Positions 1-9,887 of a stretch of 62,190 nucleotides of DNA are shown here, piece after piece (position 1 is the stretch's first letter; every line of letters starts with the position of its first letter). Source of the DNA: a virus (lineage: Duplodnaviria; Caudoviricetes); the IMG/VR virus record IMGVR_UViG_3300031511_000001, positions 1 to 62,190 of that record, one strand, 5' to 3'. The position numbers and the translations under genes are program-made. The notes under the pieces are model-generated. The model did no database searches and was not told the DNA's origin. It saw only the letters and a list, made by a program, of their open reading frames with translations.

Positions 1-53
1 TGGATGAGCGCAGCGTTGACGATATCAGCGGGCGTCGCGGCGGAAGTGACCAT
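1..53 (-). CDS. 5' part of adaptor/tail tubular protein A paralogue 2 (continues across the circular join into 62190..61621)
   Basis: ATG at 53 overlaps the stop of 53..616. Reads MVTSAATPADIVNAALI and joins in frame to ...RIGIRDQVGSLYDGS via the 16-nt terminal overlap. Confidence 0.8.
   Translation of the reverse strand, partial: MVTSAATPADIVNAALI
2..17. repeat. terminal direct repeat GGATGAGCGCAGCGTT (copy at 62175-62190); circular assembly overlap
   Basis: Exact 16-nt identity between the window ends; an ORF is restored across the join. Confidence 0.85.
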
Positions 54-616
54 CAGTTCTGCCTACCTTCGGCGAGCTTCTCGAACGCACCATACTCCGA
101 AATCAGGTCTTTTGCCGCATCCAATTTTCCAGCCAGGGCCATGGCAAATACGCTGGCGAGCAGATTGACGACTGCCTGCCGGAAGCTCGCATCCCAGGTA
201 TTCTCGTTTGGGTTGGAGTTGTAGACGGCGCTGGCGCTGGCAAGATTGGTGTGGATCACCCGAACGGTATTACCGGACACGACGGCATTGGCGACGTTGA
301 AGTTGTAAGGCAAAGGGTCGTTGGCATCGACTATCGCCGGCAAAAGGCTCCAGACCTGCACTGCGCTTGCCGGATAGAGATATTCAAGCGCCCATCCCCC
401 AGGCGCAACATTTCCGCTGAGTGTGAGCGTATCGATGTGACGGGCAAAGTCCCATCCGAATTGACGCGCCACCGCCGCAACCGTCGGCGCATACAACTGC
501 GCAGCCGCCTTCCCGGCCGGGGAACTATCGAAAACAGGCGCCGTTCCCGTGACAAGCGGCTGATTGTCACCAATAATCTGAATGGCTTGGTTTACGATGT
601 CAGTACTGGTGACCAT
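53..616 (-). CDS. head-tail adaptor / tail tubular protein A (T7 gp11-like) paralogue 1
   Basis: DIVNQAIQIIG...LYAPTVAAVARQFGWDFAR...LEYLYP...WDASFRQAVVNLLASVFAMALAG pattern typical of gp11-like adaptors. Confidence 0.75.
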   Translation of the reverse strand: MVTSTDIVNQAIQIIGDNQPLVTGTAPVFDSSPAGKAAAQLYAPTVAAVARQFGWDFARHIDTLTLSGNVAPGGWALEYLYPASAVQVWSLLPAIVDANDPLPYNFNVANAVVSGNTVRVIHTNLASASAVYNSNPNENTWDASFRQAVVNLLASVFAMALAGKLDAAKDLISEYGAFEKLAEGRQN

Positions 617-684
617 TAGTCCTTTTCCATGTCAGAACGTAAAACATATCGTACTATTTATTTGTACCGCAATTCACTCTTTTG

Positions 685-2130
685 CTAGTATACCGGGCCT
701 ACATATGTGTAACTCCCTGTTGCACTAATATACGTTCCAGTACAATTAATAAAACTAGGCATTATAACGCCACATCTGTCGCAAGTGTTTTCTATATATA
801 CGCATACTGTGTTGTTTGCCTCAATACGAATTGCCACCAACACAGTATCGTCAGCCGCTCCGTTTAGCGAAACAGAGGACAAGTCTGTATCGTGAACACG
901 CCAGCTCTCGCATGACGTGTTCACCCCATTTGTCGTCCCGAACAAAAAACCACCGTAGATCATTCCGTGTGTTGACTGCGACCCCCCAACCGCATCAGCC
1001 AAAACACCATATTTGCAAGTAGAAACTCCACAATTAAACATCATGTTTGTAGCTCCGAAGCCGTTATTAACGGCACCGTTGCCACTAAAATAAAAAGCTG
1101 GTGCGTTCTGAAAGTTATAAATAAGTATATTGTGGTATTCGCAATACCTGCCACCATAATTGCTGACAGCATACGCGCCGACAGCGGTAATTGCCGATCC
1201 GTATGCAGCAATTTCAAAATTGCGCAGTATAACCGCGAAAATTGGAGTCGCCGCTGTCCCATTCTGTATTATGAAACAATCCGATGTACCGCTATATTTA
1301 AAAACAGTAGTCGAGTTATTTTCGTCTTGACGACCGACGCCGACAATTTCACACGTATCGCGGATGATAAAAGAATTGGTTCCCATATCAATGGTGCATG
1401 CACCAAGATACAGCTTAACCGGCTTTGTAAATGTCACGCCTGAAGCGCCAAACGCCTGCGCGCCCTCGAACATGGTCGCGTTGAGAATGCCACCAGTTGC
1501 TGGCAACGCATCGTGAGCTGCCTGCAATTTTGCGCCGAGGTCGGCTCCTGGATACAAAGAAACATTGTATCCAAATGTATCAACACTATTGATGACAAAA
1601 GTTAATGCTGTTGTATTAATCTCGCCGCCAATATTTGATACACACTGCCAAAATGTATCGGCGTATGTAGCGCCTTCCTGAACAGAAAACAATCCGCCCG
1701 GATAGTCGTCATATACATCGAAATAGGCAATTCTGTTAGAAGCGCCGGAAGAGACAATTTCGTAAACGCCATCCAAGGCATTTCCACCTGGAGTAGCGCG
1801 CAGCACATAGTTGCCAGTAACCAGAGTGACTCCGTCAATAGTGACGTTGTTCACGTAATCCGTAGATGGGTCGCTGGAACCTACATCCACGGCTCTTACA
1901 GCCAAAAAGCGCCGATCACCAAGAGCGACGTCCATTTCATTGCTCGAAGGCACAGAAAGAGACGATCGTGCCTGAGAGGCGTCATTTAGATCGGCTAGAT
2001 TATTCCTTGCCATCAGCGGCCCAACATTGCCAGCCTGGGCCTTTGAGACGACAAGAGCGCCAACTGCCGTCCCGAGTCCAAGGGCAAATGATCTTCTTTT
2101 CAGCAATTTTTCATCAACGCCGTTCATCAA
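685..2130 (-). CDS. tail fibre/tailspike with beta-helix (pectin-lyase-like) domain and N-terminal Tat-like signal peptide
   Basis: [16 protein letters not shown] fibre motif; '[18 protein letters not shown]' beta-helix cap; visibly AT-richer DNA; N-terminus [10 protein letters not shown]...AQA. Confidence 0.7.
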   Translation of the reverse strand: MMNGVDEKLLKRRSFALGLGTAVGALVVSKAQAGNVGPLMARNNLADLNDASQARSSLSVPSSNEMDVALGDRRFLAVRAVDVGSSDPSTDYVNNVTIDGVTLVTGNYVLRATPGGNALDGVYEIVSSGASNRIAYFDVYDDYPGGLFSVQEGATYADTFWQCVSNIGGEINTTALTFVINSVDTFGYNVSLYPGADLGAKLQAAHDALPATGGILNATMFEGAQAFGASGVTFTKPVKLYLGACTIDMGTNSFIIRDTCEIVGVGRQDENNSTTVFKYSGTSDCFIIQNGTAATPIFAVILRNFEIAAYGSAITAVGAYAVSNYGGRYCEYHNILIYNFQNAPAFYFSGNGAVNNGFGATNMMFNCGVSTCKYGVLADAVGGSQSTHGMIYGGFLFGTTNGVNTSCESWRVHDTDLSSVSLNGAADDTVLVAIRIEANNTVCVYIENTCDRCGVIMPSFINCTGTYISATGSYTYVGPVY

Positions 2131-3350
2131 AACGTACTCCAGTTAGAGCTTCCATCGAAAACAAAATGCGCCACACCGTTCATGTAGATGCCTACTGCCG
2201 CATTGGCGCTTCCTCCATCAATCGACTGCCCGGATGGAGGATATACAGAGATAGTATTTGCACCGTTGTTGAGTGCAATCACGGTGTAGCCCGCGGCGAT
2301 CGCAGCCCCGTTTGGATCTGTCGTTGGTAAAATGGCACCGGTATTCAGGGCGACAGTCGTGAAGATATTGATATCCTTGTCAATCGCGTAGGCAGTCCCC
2401 TGCGTCGAGCCCGTCGAAGTAAGCGTGTTTCCGAAAATTGGAGTCAGGCTTTTGTTGGTCAGGGATTGGGCATCCGTAGTGCCTACGAAAGCGCCGCTTG
2501 GTGTTGTTTTCCCTGTATCGGAAATCAGGTCTCCGGTGGCGCTGGCAAACGAAACGACGTGCCCGGCAGTCGATGATCCAGGCCCAATGACGTCGCCGGC
2601 TCCGGCTGGAGTTGCCCAAACGCCGTCGCCACGCCAATAGGTCGAGGAGGAGGCGCTGGTGCCGGAATTGAGATGCGTCACCGCAAGGTCTCCACTGACG
2701 CCTGTGGACAGTGGCAGCCCCGTAGCGTTGGTCAGGACGCCTGCGGACGGCGTCCCAAGATTTGGAGTGGTCAGCGATGGCGATGTTGACAGAACGACAG
2801 CGCCAGAGCCGGTTGTTCCTCCAGGAAGGTCGGCGCCAACAAGTGCCCGAAATGCTGGAGTTGCCGCCGAACCGCTGGTAGGCCCTGCATAGACCGTGTT
2901 TGCCAACGCTGTTCCTGATGGAATGACGCCTGAGCTTCCATTAACGTCGATGGAAAGGGGTAAGTCCGATGCAGCGCCCCCAGATCCATAACTGATGAGT
3001 CCGCCGGTACCGTCATTTGGCGACAGACAAAGATAATGATATCCGGTTGCAGATGTTGTCGGGCCGTCATAGGTGCAAAAGATTTCGCCGTTTGGCCCGT
3101 GCCCTTGTGCGGCAAAAGGCGCCGATCCCGTTCCCCTGGCTGTAATTCCGATCTCAGAAGGATTTGCGCCTGAAACGCCACCTCCGGCAGTTCCGCTATC
3201 GGCAAGAATGGGCTGAGAACTGCCGGAATTGGCGTACATCGGCAAATGGTAGCCGGTCCATGGGCCACCCTGGAGGAGAACAGATTGGGCGAATGTCGGC
3301 GTCGTGACGAACGCGGCAACCATAAGGGCAAAACGAAAAATGCCTTTCAT
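2127..3350 (-). CDS. fibre protein (G/S/T-rich) with N-terminal Sec signal peptide
   Basis: Likely start [21 protein letters not shown]|Q at 3350; fibre motifs [41 protein letters not shown]. Confidence 0.7.
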   Translation of the reverse strand: MKGIFRFALMVAAFVTTPTFAQSVLLQGGPWTGYHLPMYANSGSSQPILADSGTAGGGVSGANPSEIGITARGTGSAPFAAQGHGPNGEIFCTYDGPTTSATGYHYLCLSPNDGTGGLISYGSGGAASDLPLSIDVNGSSGVIPSGTALANTVYAGPTSGSAATPAFRALVGADLPGGTTGSGAVVLSTSPSLTTPNLGTPSAGVLTNATGLPLSTGVSGDLAVTHLNSGTSASSSTYWRGDGVWATPAGAGDVIGPGSSTAGHVVSFASATGDLISDTGKTTPSGAFVGTTDAQSLTNKSLTPIFGNTLTSTGSTQGTAYAIDKDINIFTTVALNTGAILPTTDPNGAAIAAGYTVIALNNGANTISVYPPSGQSIDGGSANAAVGIYMNGVAHFVFDGSSNWSTF

Positions 3351-3364
3351 TGCAATCGGCCTTT

Positions 3365-3739
3365 CTATGTGGCGGCGTAGGCGAGCTTCTTGCGCGGCAT
3401 CTGAGCATCCATCTCGGCGTTTTCCTCGTCCTCGCTTTCGATCGCAAGGTTCTCGATCTGAAGCTCGATGCGAACGCGCGTTTCGTCGCCGTCCTTGTCG
3501 ATGTCGTTGCGCTGATCGATGCTGGCCGACGTGATGCGCGCCAGGGCGTGAAGATGCACCAAACCGCCGATGCCCTGCATGGCTTCGGTCGGATCGAGCT
3601 GAAGCTTCTGCAGTTCGTCCTGGGTCAAGCAAATGCGCAGACCATAGGGATATTTCGGCGGATCGTCGGGAATCGGCATGGCGACTTCGCCGACTTCCTC
3701 GTCATCAAGGGCCATGTCCACCATCGGGTTGAGCTTCAT
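3365..3739 (-). CDS. capsid-associated (staple-like) protein
   Basis: [17 protein letters not shown] motif recalled from podophage head accessory proteins; lies in the structural operon. Confidence 0.5.
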   Translation of the reverse strand: MKLNPMVDMALDDEEVGEVAMPIPDDPPKYPYGLRICLTQDELQKLQLDPTEAMQGIGGLVHLHALARITSASIDQRNDIDKDGDETRVRIELQIENLAIESEDEENAEMDAQMPRKKLAYAAT

Positions 3740-3748
3740 CGCGCCCTC

Positions 3749-4156
3749 CTATTCGGCTGCGGCCTGCGCCTGATCGGCGCCAGCGGTGTCTGCGGTCTGC
3801 GTTTCGGGAGACGGCGCGCCGCCCTGCAGTTCGAGGTCGTGCGCGTCCATCATGGCGTCCATGGCCTTTTCCTGCCGCGCGTACATATCGCTGCGGGAGG
3901 TCTTGTGCTGGTTGTTGAGGTCGCGGCGCTCGGCCTGGTGCATCTTGCGCAGTTCGGCCCGCGCCGCCGCGTGTTTGGATCGAAGGTCGGCAACCGGCGC
4001 GCCAGCCTCATCGGCGATCTTGGCGCCTTCGGACTCCTTGCCTGCGTCCTCGGCCTTGGTTTCCGTGGCCTTGGTTTCGCCAGCGCTTTCATCAGCCGCA
4101 CCCTTGGCCGCAGGTTCTTCGCCCTTCTTCATCGAGCCGTAATTGAGCTTTGCCAT
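3749..4156 (-). CDS. hypothetical charged/coiled-coil protein
   Basis: Start MAKLNYGS with GGAG RBS; operon-coupled. Confidence 0.6.
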   Translation of the reverse strand: MAKLNYGSMKKGEEPAAKGAADESAGETKATETKAEDAGKESEGAKIADEAGAPVADLRSKHAAARAELRKMHQAERRDLNNQHKTSRSDMYARQEKAMDAMMDAHDLELQGGAPSPETQTADTAGADQAQAAAE

Positions 4157-4161
4157 GGTCG

Positions 4162-4377
4162 TTAGTCTCCGGATTTGCTGTATTTTAGGCGCCGACGGCT
4201 GCCCATCTTTTCGAAGGTCTGCGCAAGACGCGCCTGCTTCCCGAGGGTGCCGGGCGCGCTGCTTTTTTCGGCTGCGTATTCCTGGACGGATTTGCCGGCC
4301 GCCTTGGCCTTGGCGCTGAAGGAGCCGGTTTTGAGGTGGGCTCCCTGGATCCATTTGGTGCGCTTTTTGTCGGCCAT
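4162..4377 (-). CDS. small basic phage protein
   Basis: MADKKRTKWIQGAHLKTGSF...GKQARLAQTF; ends RRRLKYSKSGD. Confidence 0.6.
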   Translation of the reverse strand: MADKKRTKWIQGAHLKTGSFSAKAKAAGKSVQEYAAEKSSAPGTLGKQARLAQTFEKMGSRRRLKYSKSGD

Positions 4378-4422
4378 GGCTGTTCGTCCTGTCGCATCGA
4401 TGATGGTTGGATGCGCCACGGT

Positions 4423-4596
4423 TCAGCCTTTCGAGTAGCTGAGCCTGCGCTTTTCCGGTGCCTTCTCGGGAAGCTTGCCGGGCTTGTCTTCTGCCACGAA
4501 CTCTTTCGCGACAGATTTGGAGACGCCATCGGCGCCTCCCTTTTTCGAAGCCGCCGCGTACATTAAGCGGCGCTGGCGCTCGGATACCGGTGGCAT
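4423..4596 (-). CDS. small basic phage protein
   Basis: MPPVSERQRRLMYAAA...VAKEFV; start overlaps the stop of 4596..5162; ends RRLSYSKG. Confidence 0.6.
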   Translation of the reverse strand: MPPVSERQRRLMYAAASKKGGADGVSKSVAKEFVAEDKPGKLPEKAPEKRRLSYSKG

Positions 4597-5162
4597 CAGC
4601 TTGCAGCGCCCTTGATGACCGCGAAGTTGAACACCGGCTGCTCGGTCGTGGTGCCGCCCGTGGTGAAGAACGTCACGTTGAAAGAACCGGCTTCGACGGC
4701 CGTCACCAAGGTATGGTAAAGATCGGTGCCCGATTTCTCGTTGATGATGATCGTATCCGTGGCGGCCACGGACGTATCGGTCACGGTGAAGGTTGCAGGG
4801 GTGGCCGAACCGGCAGCGGATACCAAAGTGATTGCGCCGGTAACTCCTGTGCAGGTCACGCCTGTCGTGCGGCTGGACGCCTGTTCGACGGCGCATCCGG
4901 CGCCAGTCGTGTAACCCACGCCTCCCGACGGGCTGCTCGACAGAACAGAGCCGTCAGTCGCGACGTTGCCGTTGTTGGTATAGGTCTTGATGGCCGACAT
5001 ATCGGCGAATTTCGACTGTGCAGTCGGCACGCCATTCGGGATGACCTGAACAAGATCGCCGGTCGTGACGGAACTGACTTCCGGAAGCGTGACCTGGGCC
5101 AATGCCGGGAAAGACAGAAGGCTCGCCGCAGCGAACCCAAGAAGAAGGAAGCGCAGTTTCAT
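4596..5162 (-). CDS. fibre/decoration-type beta protein with Sec signal peptide
   Basis: MKLRFLLLGFAAASLLSFPALA|Q; C-terminal GYTTGAG...SRTTGVT...FNFAVIKG domain common in phage fibres. Confidence 0.7.
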   Translation of the reverse strand: MKLRFLLLGFAAASLLSFPALAQVTLPEVSSVTTGDLVQVIPNGVPTAQSKFADMSAIKTYTNNGNVATDGSVLSSSPSGGVGYTTGAGCAVEQASSRTTGVTCTGVTGAITLVSAAGSATPATFTVTDTSVAATDTIIINEKSGTDLYHTLVTAVEAGSFNVTFFTTGGTTTEQPVFNFAVIKGAAS

Positions 5163-5560
5163 AAGGTTTCTCCTTCGGGCGCCGGGCCCGATTCTGGGAT
5201 GGAAGGCTCGACGGAGGGATCGGAGTTCTCGACGGGTGTGGCATCGCTCGACGGGTTGCCTTCGGGATCGAGAGGGGCAGCATCGGCAGGAGGTGCGTCC
5301 GGTTCGTCCGGCACGACTGTTGCCGTCGGTGCCGGGGCCGGCAGATCATCAGGGGGTGACACGACGCCAAAGTCGGCCACCAGTCGCTCCGACGCGACAT
5401 TCTGCAGCGCGATCGGAACGCCGACCATGTCGAAGGCGCACACGTTGAAGGTGCCGTCAGCATTGATGAAGGTCACGATGGCCGGCAGATAGCCGACCGG
5501 ATGAGGCCCGCGCGGGGTGGCATCGTCGGTGCGAAGAAAGGCTTGCTGTCCGAATTTCAT
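5159..5560 (-). CDS. hypothetical protein with acidic Pro-rich tail
   Basis: ORF with RBS, coupled to neighbours. Confidence 0.55.
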   Translation of the reverse strand: MKFGQQAFLRTDDATPRGPHPVGYLPAIVTFINADGTFNVCAFDMVGVPIALQNVASERLVADFGVVSPPDDLPAPAPTATVVPDEPDAPPADAAPLDPEGNPSSDATPVENSDPSVEPSIPESGPAPEGETL

Positions 5561-5572
5561 GGCGTTTTTCTC

Positions 5573-5899
5573 CTAGCCCAGGATCGCATAGTTGTAGACC
5601 GACGTGTCGCCGGCCGTCGCGGCGACCGTGAAGCCGGTCCCTGCGGTGATGGTCTGGATCGCCGGAAGCGCGCCGACCATCCCGCCGACGGTCTTGAGCG
5701 TCGGGATGATGACAGAGCCGGCGCCGACGCGAGCATCCGTGACAGTGACGGGTGTAGCGCCGTTTGCCGTGAAGGTGCCACCGCCGACCGGCAGAAGCGT
5801 GTGAACGGGACTGCCATTATCGATCGGCATCGCGCCAGGGGCCGCCGGAGTAATTGCCGGCAATCCGGTGGTGAGGGTTTTCTGTCCGGGCTGCGTCAT
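5573..5899 (-). CDS. small virion decoration/fibre-tip-like protein
   Basis: Thr/Gly-rich beta-strand sequence ending DTSVYNYAILG; RBS; structural context. Confidence 0.55.
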   Translation of the reverse strand: MTQPGQKTLTTGLPAITPAAPGAMPIDNGSPVHTLLPVGGGTFTANGATPVTVTDARVGAGSVIIPTLKTVGGMVGALPAIQTITAGTGFTVAATAGDTSVYNYAILG

Positions 5900-6011
5900 G
5901 GTGTGGCGCCTTTCTGATCAGGGGTTTGTGTTTTTATAGCACGTCGCGATGAGGCTTGCCATTCTCTGCTCTTTCCGCGCAACGCAAGTTTTCCCGTGAA
6001 TGGAATACAGG

Positions 6012-8102
6012 CTAAGTCGTCAGGTATTGCAAATCAGCGTTGGACAAACGCCTATCAAAAGCCGTGAAGCGTCCTATTGCGTCATTCATTGGGAGCAGCC
6101 CTGTGCTTCCAACAACACCAAGAAAGCTTGTTGTGACGCCGACCGGCATGAGCATTGACGTGTCTCCCGTGGGGGCGCCCCCATTAACACATGATCCGGC
6201 GCTGTCTTCTTCCAGCGCAATTGCATACTTATTGACCGAGGGGGACGCACTAACAACAGTGCTGGGATAAATATTGGCCTGCACCGCTCCGCCCGATTTG
6301 ACATCGGTTCCCATTCTTCTGTCGGTTCGAACGTAGATATGAATGCGGTTGTTGGCCGATCCATCACCAACGGTCATGAGCGTTTTGCTCGCTGCAAATG
6401 CGGTTGTCTCAGCTTCAATGATCGCGGAGAAGGCCGTTGAGATGTAGCCAGCCCACGGAAGGCTGTCTGGCGATGAGATAAGCGCAGATGCGGCATCTGT
6501 CACCGTGATGCCGTTCGCGCCTTGCGACAACGTACCGGCGCCGCCAATGGCTGCTTGGAACGTGGCGAGCGAGGCGTAGGCCGTGGCGTTGTAGTAGTAG
6601 CGGTCATTGACGAAATCCCAATCCGAAGTAGCCGGATCGGCATTGGCATCGCGCAAGACCCATGCTGGCGCAGAAATCGGTCCGGGAGTGAGGTTGCTAA
6701 GAGTATTTCCGCGCAGCCCAATGTACGTGCCGTTGTCAATGCTCATGTCGGCAAACGTATTTCCAACGGCGCCGTCCTCGGCAATGTAGGCTGCAGCATT
6801 GCCTGTAAGCGTTCCCGTTGCTGCGCAATCGTGAATTGTGTTGCCGCTGGTCGTTTCTCCGGACATGCGGGCAACGTAATCGCAGCCGCCTGTGAAGGCG
6901 ACGGTATTCACCGACAAATCATTACCGGACGTCTCGGGTATTTCTCCAGTATAAACAGCTCCTGGAATGTTCTTGATTGCCATGAGAGCGCCGGGAATGC
7001 CGAGCGCACCGATGTCGCCTGAAATGGTCGCGCTACCAACGGAAATTGTATTGCTTTGCGCAAGAACAACAGAGCACAGATTTTCCGGTTGCTGCGTTCC
7101 GGCGGCAAGACTGGTGACGGAGATATCGACAAGGCGCGACATTTCATTGACCCACACCATAGCCTTCGGCGCGCCTATAGTCGTCCCGACAATGGAGCCG
7201 ATCGTGACATCGACATCGCAACTATTGTAGGCCAGTTCGATTGCGCCCTTGCGCGTGTTGGCCGTTGTGGTGGTGATGGTCGTGTAGCCAAAAAGATTCC
7301 CATATGCGGCGGACTTGCTCGCATCTGTGACATCGGGGGCTATGAGCGAATTTACAATTCCACCGCCGCCGTTGAACGGGCCGTCGGCATTTTCCGTTTC
7401 CCACGTTCCACCTATAAGCGTGAAATTGTTTACTGCGAACATGGGCTCGCCCGTGTCGTCGCCATTGCCCTTGAGCCATGTCGTTCCGGTATTCGTCAAC
7501 CGGCGGACAATCATTCCAGATTTTGACGCCTGAATGGGATGCTGCAATGTAAGAGTGCCTGTGCCCTTGCCAGTCACAACATTAGGTTGCGCCCAAACAG
7601 GAACGTAATAGGTGCCAGAGGCTATGGTGACCTCGAAGGTATCGGTGCGCTCGATATTGACGATATCACCCACCACAAAATCATCGGCGTCGCTGGGCGT
7701 GGTGAACGTGATGCTCGTATCGTTCAGCGTCACGTCGCTGATGGCGTAATCGGGCGCTCGTGCCGGATTGAGTGCGCCATACGTGCCGAGAAGTAGTGCG
7801 CCGTAAAAAGGCCAGCCGGTCTTCGTGGCATTATTGCCCATACACCGCAAGCGCGTACCAGTCGGAGTGATGATCGTCGCGTCGTCCCTCGCGTACAAGC
7901 AGTACGAATATCCGTAATAAGTGCCGGGATCGAGCGCGGGAATATGAACTTCGCGCCCCGTAGCGGAGCTTAGATCAATTGCAGCCTGAAGAGCTGGCCG
8001 GTTATCGGTCGCGCCGCTATCAGCAACAAGAACTGGCACGATGGGACCGCCCTGTGAACCGGTGGAAACTCCAAGGACAAGGCCAAGTCCAAGCGGTCCC
8101 AT
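6012..8102 (-). CDS. head spike fibre / depolymerase (beta-helix plus C-terminal LamG/ConA-like domain)
   Basis: N-terminal LGLGLVL motif; DNRPALQAAID beta-helix start; C-terminal NNRIHIY...FDRRLSNADLQYLT lectin-like domain. Confidence 0.65.
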   Translation of the reverse strand: MGPLGLGLVLGVSTGSQGGPIVPVLVADSGATDNRPALQAAIDLSSATGREVHIPALDPGTYYGYSYCLYARDDATIITPTGTRLRCMGNNATKTGWPFYGALLLGTYGALNPARAPDYAISDVTLNDTSITFTTPSDADDFVVGDIVNIERTDTFEVTIASGTYYVPVWAQPNVVTGKGTGTLTLQHPIQASKSGMIVRRLTNTGTTWLKGNGDDTGEPMFAVNNFTLIGGTWETENADGPFNGGGGIVNSLIAPDVTDASKSAAYGNLFGYTTITTTTANTRKGAIELAYNSCDVDVTIGSIVGTTIGAPKAMVWVNEMSRLVDISVTSLAAGTQQPENLCSVVLAQSNTISVGSATISGDIGALGIPGALMAIKNIPGAVYTGEIPETSGNDLSVNTVAFTGGCDYVARMSGETTSGNTIHDCAATGTLTGNAAAYIAEDGAVGNTFADMSIDNGTYIGLRGNTLSNLTPGPISAPAWVLRDANADPATSDWDFVNDRYYYNATAYASLATFQAAIGGAGTLSQGANGITVTDAASALISSPDSLPWAGYISTAFSAIIEAETTAFAASKTLMTVGDGSANNRIHIYVRTDRRMGTDVKSGGAVQANIYPSTVVSASPSVNKYAIALEEDSAGSCVNGGAPTGDTSMLMPVGVTTSFLGVVGSTGLLPMNDAIGRFTAFDRRLSNADLQYLTT

Positions 8103-8411
8103 TTACGTATTCGCAATGACGGAGACGAAGTGGCCGGGCGAAACTGCGAAGGGAATCGGCGTGTCGGCGGGAAGGCGCATGTTTGTGATTGCGGCGGCCG
8201 AGAGTACCTCGGTCGACCCGAACTTGATCGAGCAGATGGCGTCGGCGCATAGCAGCACAAGCTTGGTTTCGGCGTTGAATGCCGCCGACGGCTCGGTTGT
8301 AGCGCCGATGGCCACCGTCTGGTCAGTGATGGCCGGCTGGGCGAGAACCTGGGCCTGCTCGGTGCGGATCGTGCCGATGTTGCGAAATTCGCTGATGTAG
8401 AGCGTGGCCAT
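8103..8411 (-). CDS. probable head spike base / vertex protein
   Basis: 102-aa all-beta protein directly upstream of the LGLGL fibre gene. Confidence 0.5.
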   Translation of the reverse strand: MATLYISEFRNIGTIRTEQAQVLAQPAITDQTVAIGATTEPSAAFNAETKLVLLCADAICSIKFGSTEVLSAAAITNMRLPADTPIPFAVSPGHFVSVIANT

Positions 8412-8423
8412 GGACCATTTCCC

Positions 8424-9308
8424 TTAATGCGCCGGGAACTTCAGACCCGGAACGGAACCCGCCGCCGTGCGCTCGGCGGGAGGAGCGATCGTGCCGAGGA
8501 CCGGAATGCGGGAAGCGTTCGGATTGTCGGTCGAGGTCAGTTCGTTGGTTGTGGGCAAACCGACGCCGAGATCCATCGGCTCGGCCTGGCGCACTTGACC
8601 TCGCGTTGCAAGCGACTGCGGCGCATTGTCGCCGACCATCACGAGCCCGCTGCTGGTCAGCCAGACCGGCTGATTGTGCGCGGCATTGATCAGGGTTGAG
8701 CCGCCGATCGAGGCGAGGAACAGATCATAGATGCGCTTGGCGATTTCGTTCTTGGGGCGCATGGCCGTGTTGGGCTTGCCGTTCCAGATGATCTCGTTTT
8801 CGCGCCAGCGACCCTCGCCGTCGGGCAGGAAGGGCTGCAAGAGTTGGTTGGCGAGCCATGTCTGGGCCACGACGGAATAATGCGGCTTCTGGCCGGTGCG
8901 GTGCACTTCCTCGAGCAGCTTGCCGAGCCGTTCGCCCGCTTCCTCGCGCTTGCGCATTTCCTCGGGCGCGACGGTCTTGACGTTGCCGCCCGGATTGGCG
9001 GTGTCGCGGATCATGGTCGTCAGGTCAGACAGGACTTTCAGCATGGCGTTCGGGCTGTTGCCTGTGTCGCCGTCGCCCGCGCCGGTGCTGGCCTGCGCCA
9101 TCATGGCCGCCATTTCGCGGACCATAGACGTTTTCATCTCGGCCATGGCCTGATTGAGCGCAGCCTTGAATTCGGGCGTCTCGGCAATTGCGTTGCTCAC
9201 AGGGGCTTCAGACTTTTCCTCGGACATGCTCGGTCCCTTGTTGGAGTGAGGGGCGCTCCCGTCTTTGCGGGGGCGCCCTCTTGGCTTTCCGGTCGGCTTG
9301 TATGGCAT
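8424..9308 (-). CDS. hypothetical protein with N-terminal AT-hook
   Basis: KPRGRPRK at N-terminus; follows the cement gene. Confidence 0.6.
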   Translation of the reverse strand: MPYKPTGKPRGRPRKDGSAPHSNKGPSMSEEKSEAPVSNAIAETPEFKAALNQAMAEMKTSMVREMAAMMAQASTGAGDGDTGNSPNAMLKVLSDLTTMIRDTANPGGNVKTVAPEEMRKREEAGERLGKLLEEVHRTGQKPHYSVVAQTWLANQLLQPFLPDGEGRWRENEIIWNGKPNTAMRPKNEIAKRIYDLFLASIGGSTLINAAHNQPVWLTSSGLVMVGDNAPQSLATRGQVRQAEPMDLGVGLPTTNELTSTDNPNASRIPVLGTIAPPAERTAAGSVPGLKFPAH

Positions 9309-9317
9309 CGGTCAGCC

Positions 9318-9860
9318 CTACGGGTTGCCGACCGAATAGTTGGCGGCCTGCTGCAGGTTGCGGAGCTGGTCGAGGCCCGTGGTCGTCGGAATGACGATAG
9401 CGCCGGCGGTGAACAGGGTGCCGGCCGGAATCTGCACCAGGACGCGCAGGAACCGCGGACGGAAGGTCAACGGATGAACCGGGGTCAGATCAAACTGCCA
9501 CGGAATGTCGCCGATCGCGTCCATATTCGCCACGGCGATCTCGCCGGATTCGATCACGGTCACCCACGTGTCGGGGCTGCCTGCGCCGTCGTCGGCCGCT
9601 GCCTGATAGGCGAAGTTGGCAGTCGCGGCTGTGCCGGTCGTGAAGGCAGTCGTCACCAGGATTTCGGCCTGGATGCGCGGCCAGTCGATACCGGGATCGG
9701 AACCGAACACGGTTGCATTGCCGATGATGTTGTCCGCGACTACGCCGGAGCCGAGGCCGAGCAGGTCGACGACATCGGAAGCGACGTCGACGCCGGCGGC
9801 GGCAACGACAGACAGCGGAGTGGCCGGATCGCGGAAACTCACAAGCGAATCGATAAGCAT
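9318..9860 (-). CDS. capsid cement protein (BPP-1 Bbp16-like)
   Basis: MLIDSLVSF...SDVVDL...RFLRV...FTAGAI; directly downstream of the capsid gene. Confidence 0.75.
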   Translation of the reverse strand: MLIDSLVSFRDPATPLSVVAAAGVDVASDVVDLLGLGSGVVADNIIGNATVFGSDPGIDWPRIQAEILVTTAFTTGTAATANFAYQAAADDGAGSPDTWVTVIESGEIAVANMDAIGDIPWQFDLTPVHPLTFRPRFLRVLVQIPAGTLFTAGAIVIPTTTGLDQLRNLQQAANYSVGNP

Positions 9861-9887
9861 TTCAGTGTCTCCTTGCGGGTTTCGCGA

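Noticed and set aside
3351-3632. N-terminal extension of the 501-aa ORF
   Set aside because: It overlaps the 3365-3739 gene in another frame; the ATG at 3350 has an RBS and begins a signal peptide.
685-8102. BPP-1-type diversity-generating retroelement
   Set aside because: No reverse transcriptase and no TR/VR repeat pair seen, despite the BPP-1-like structural genes.
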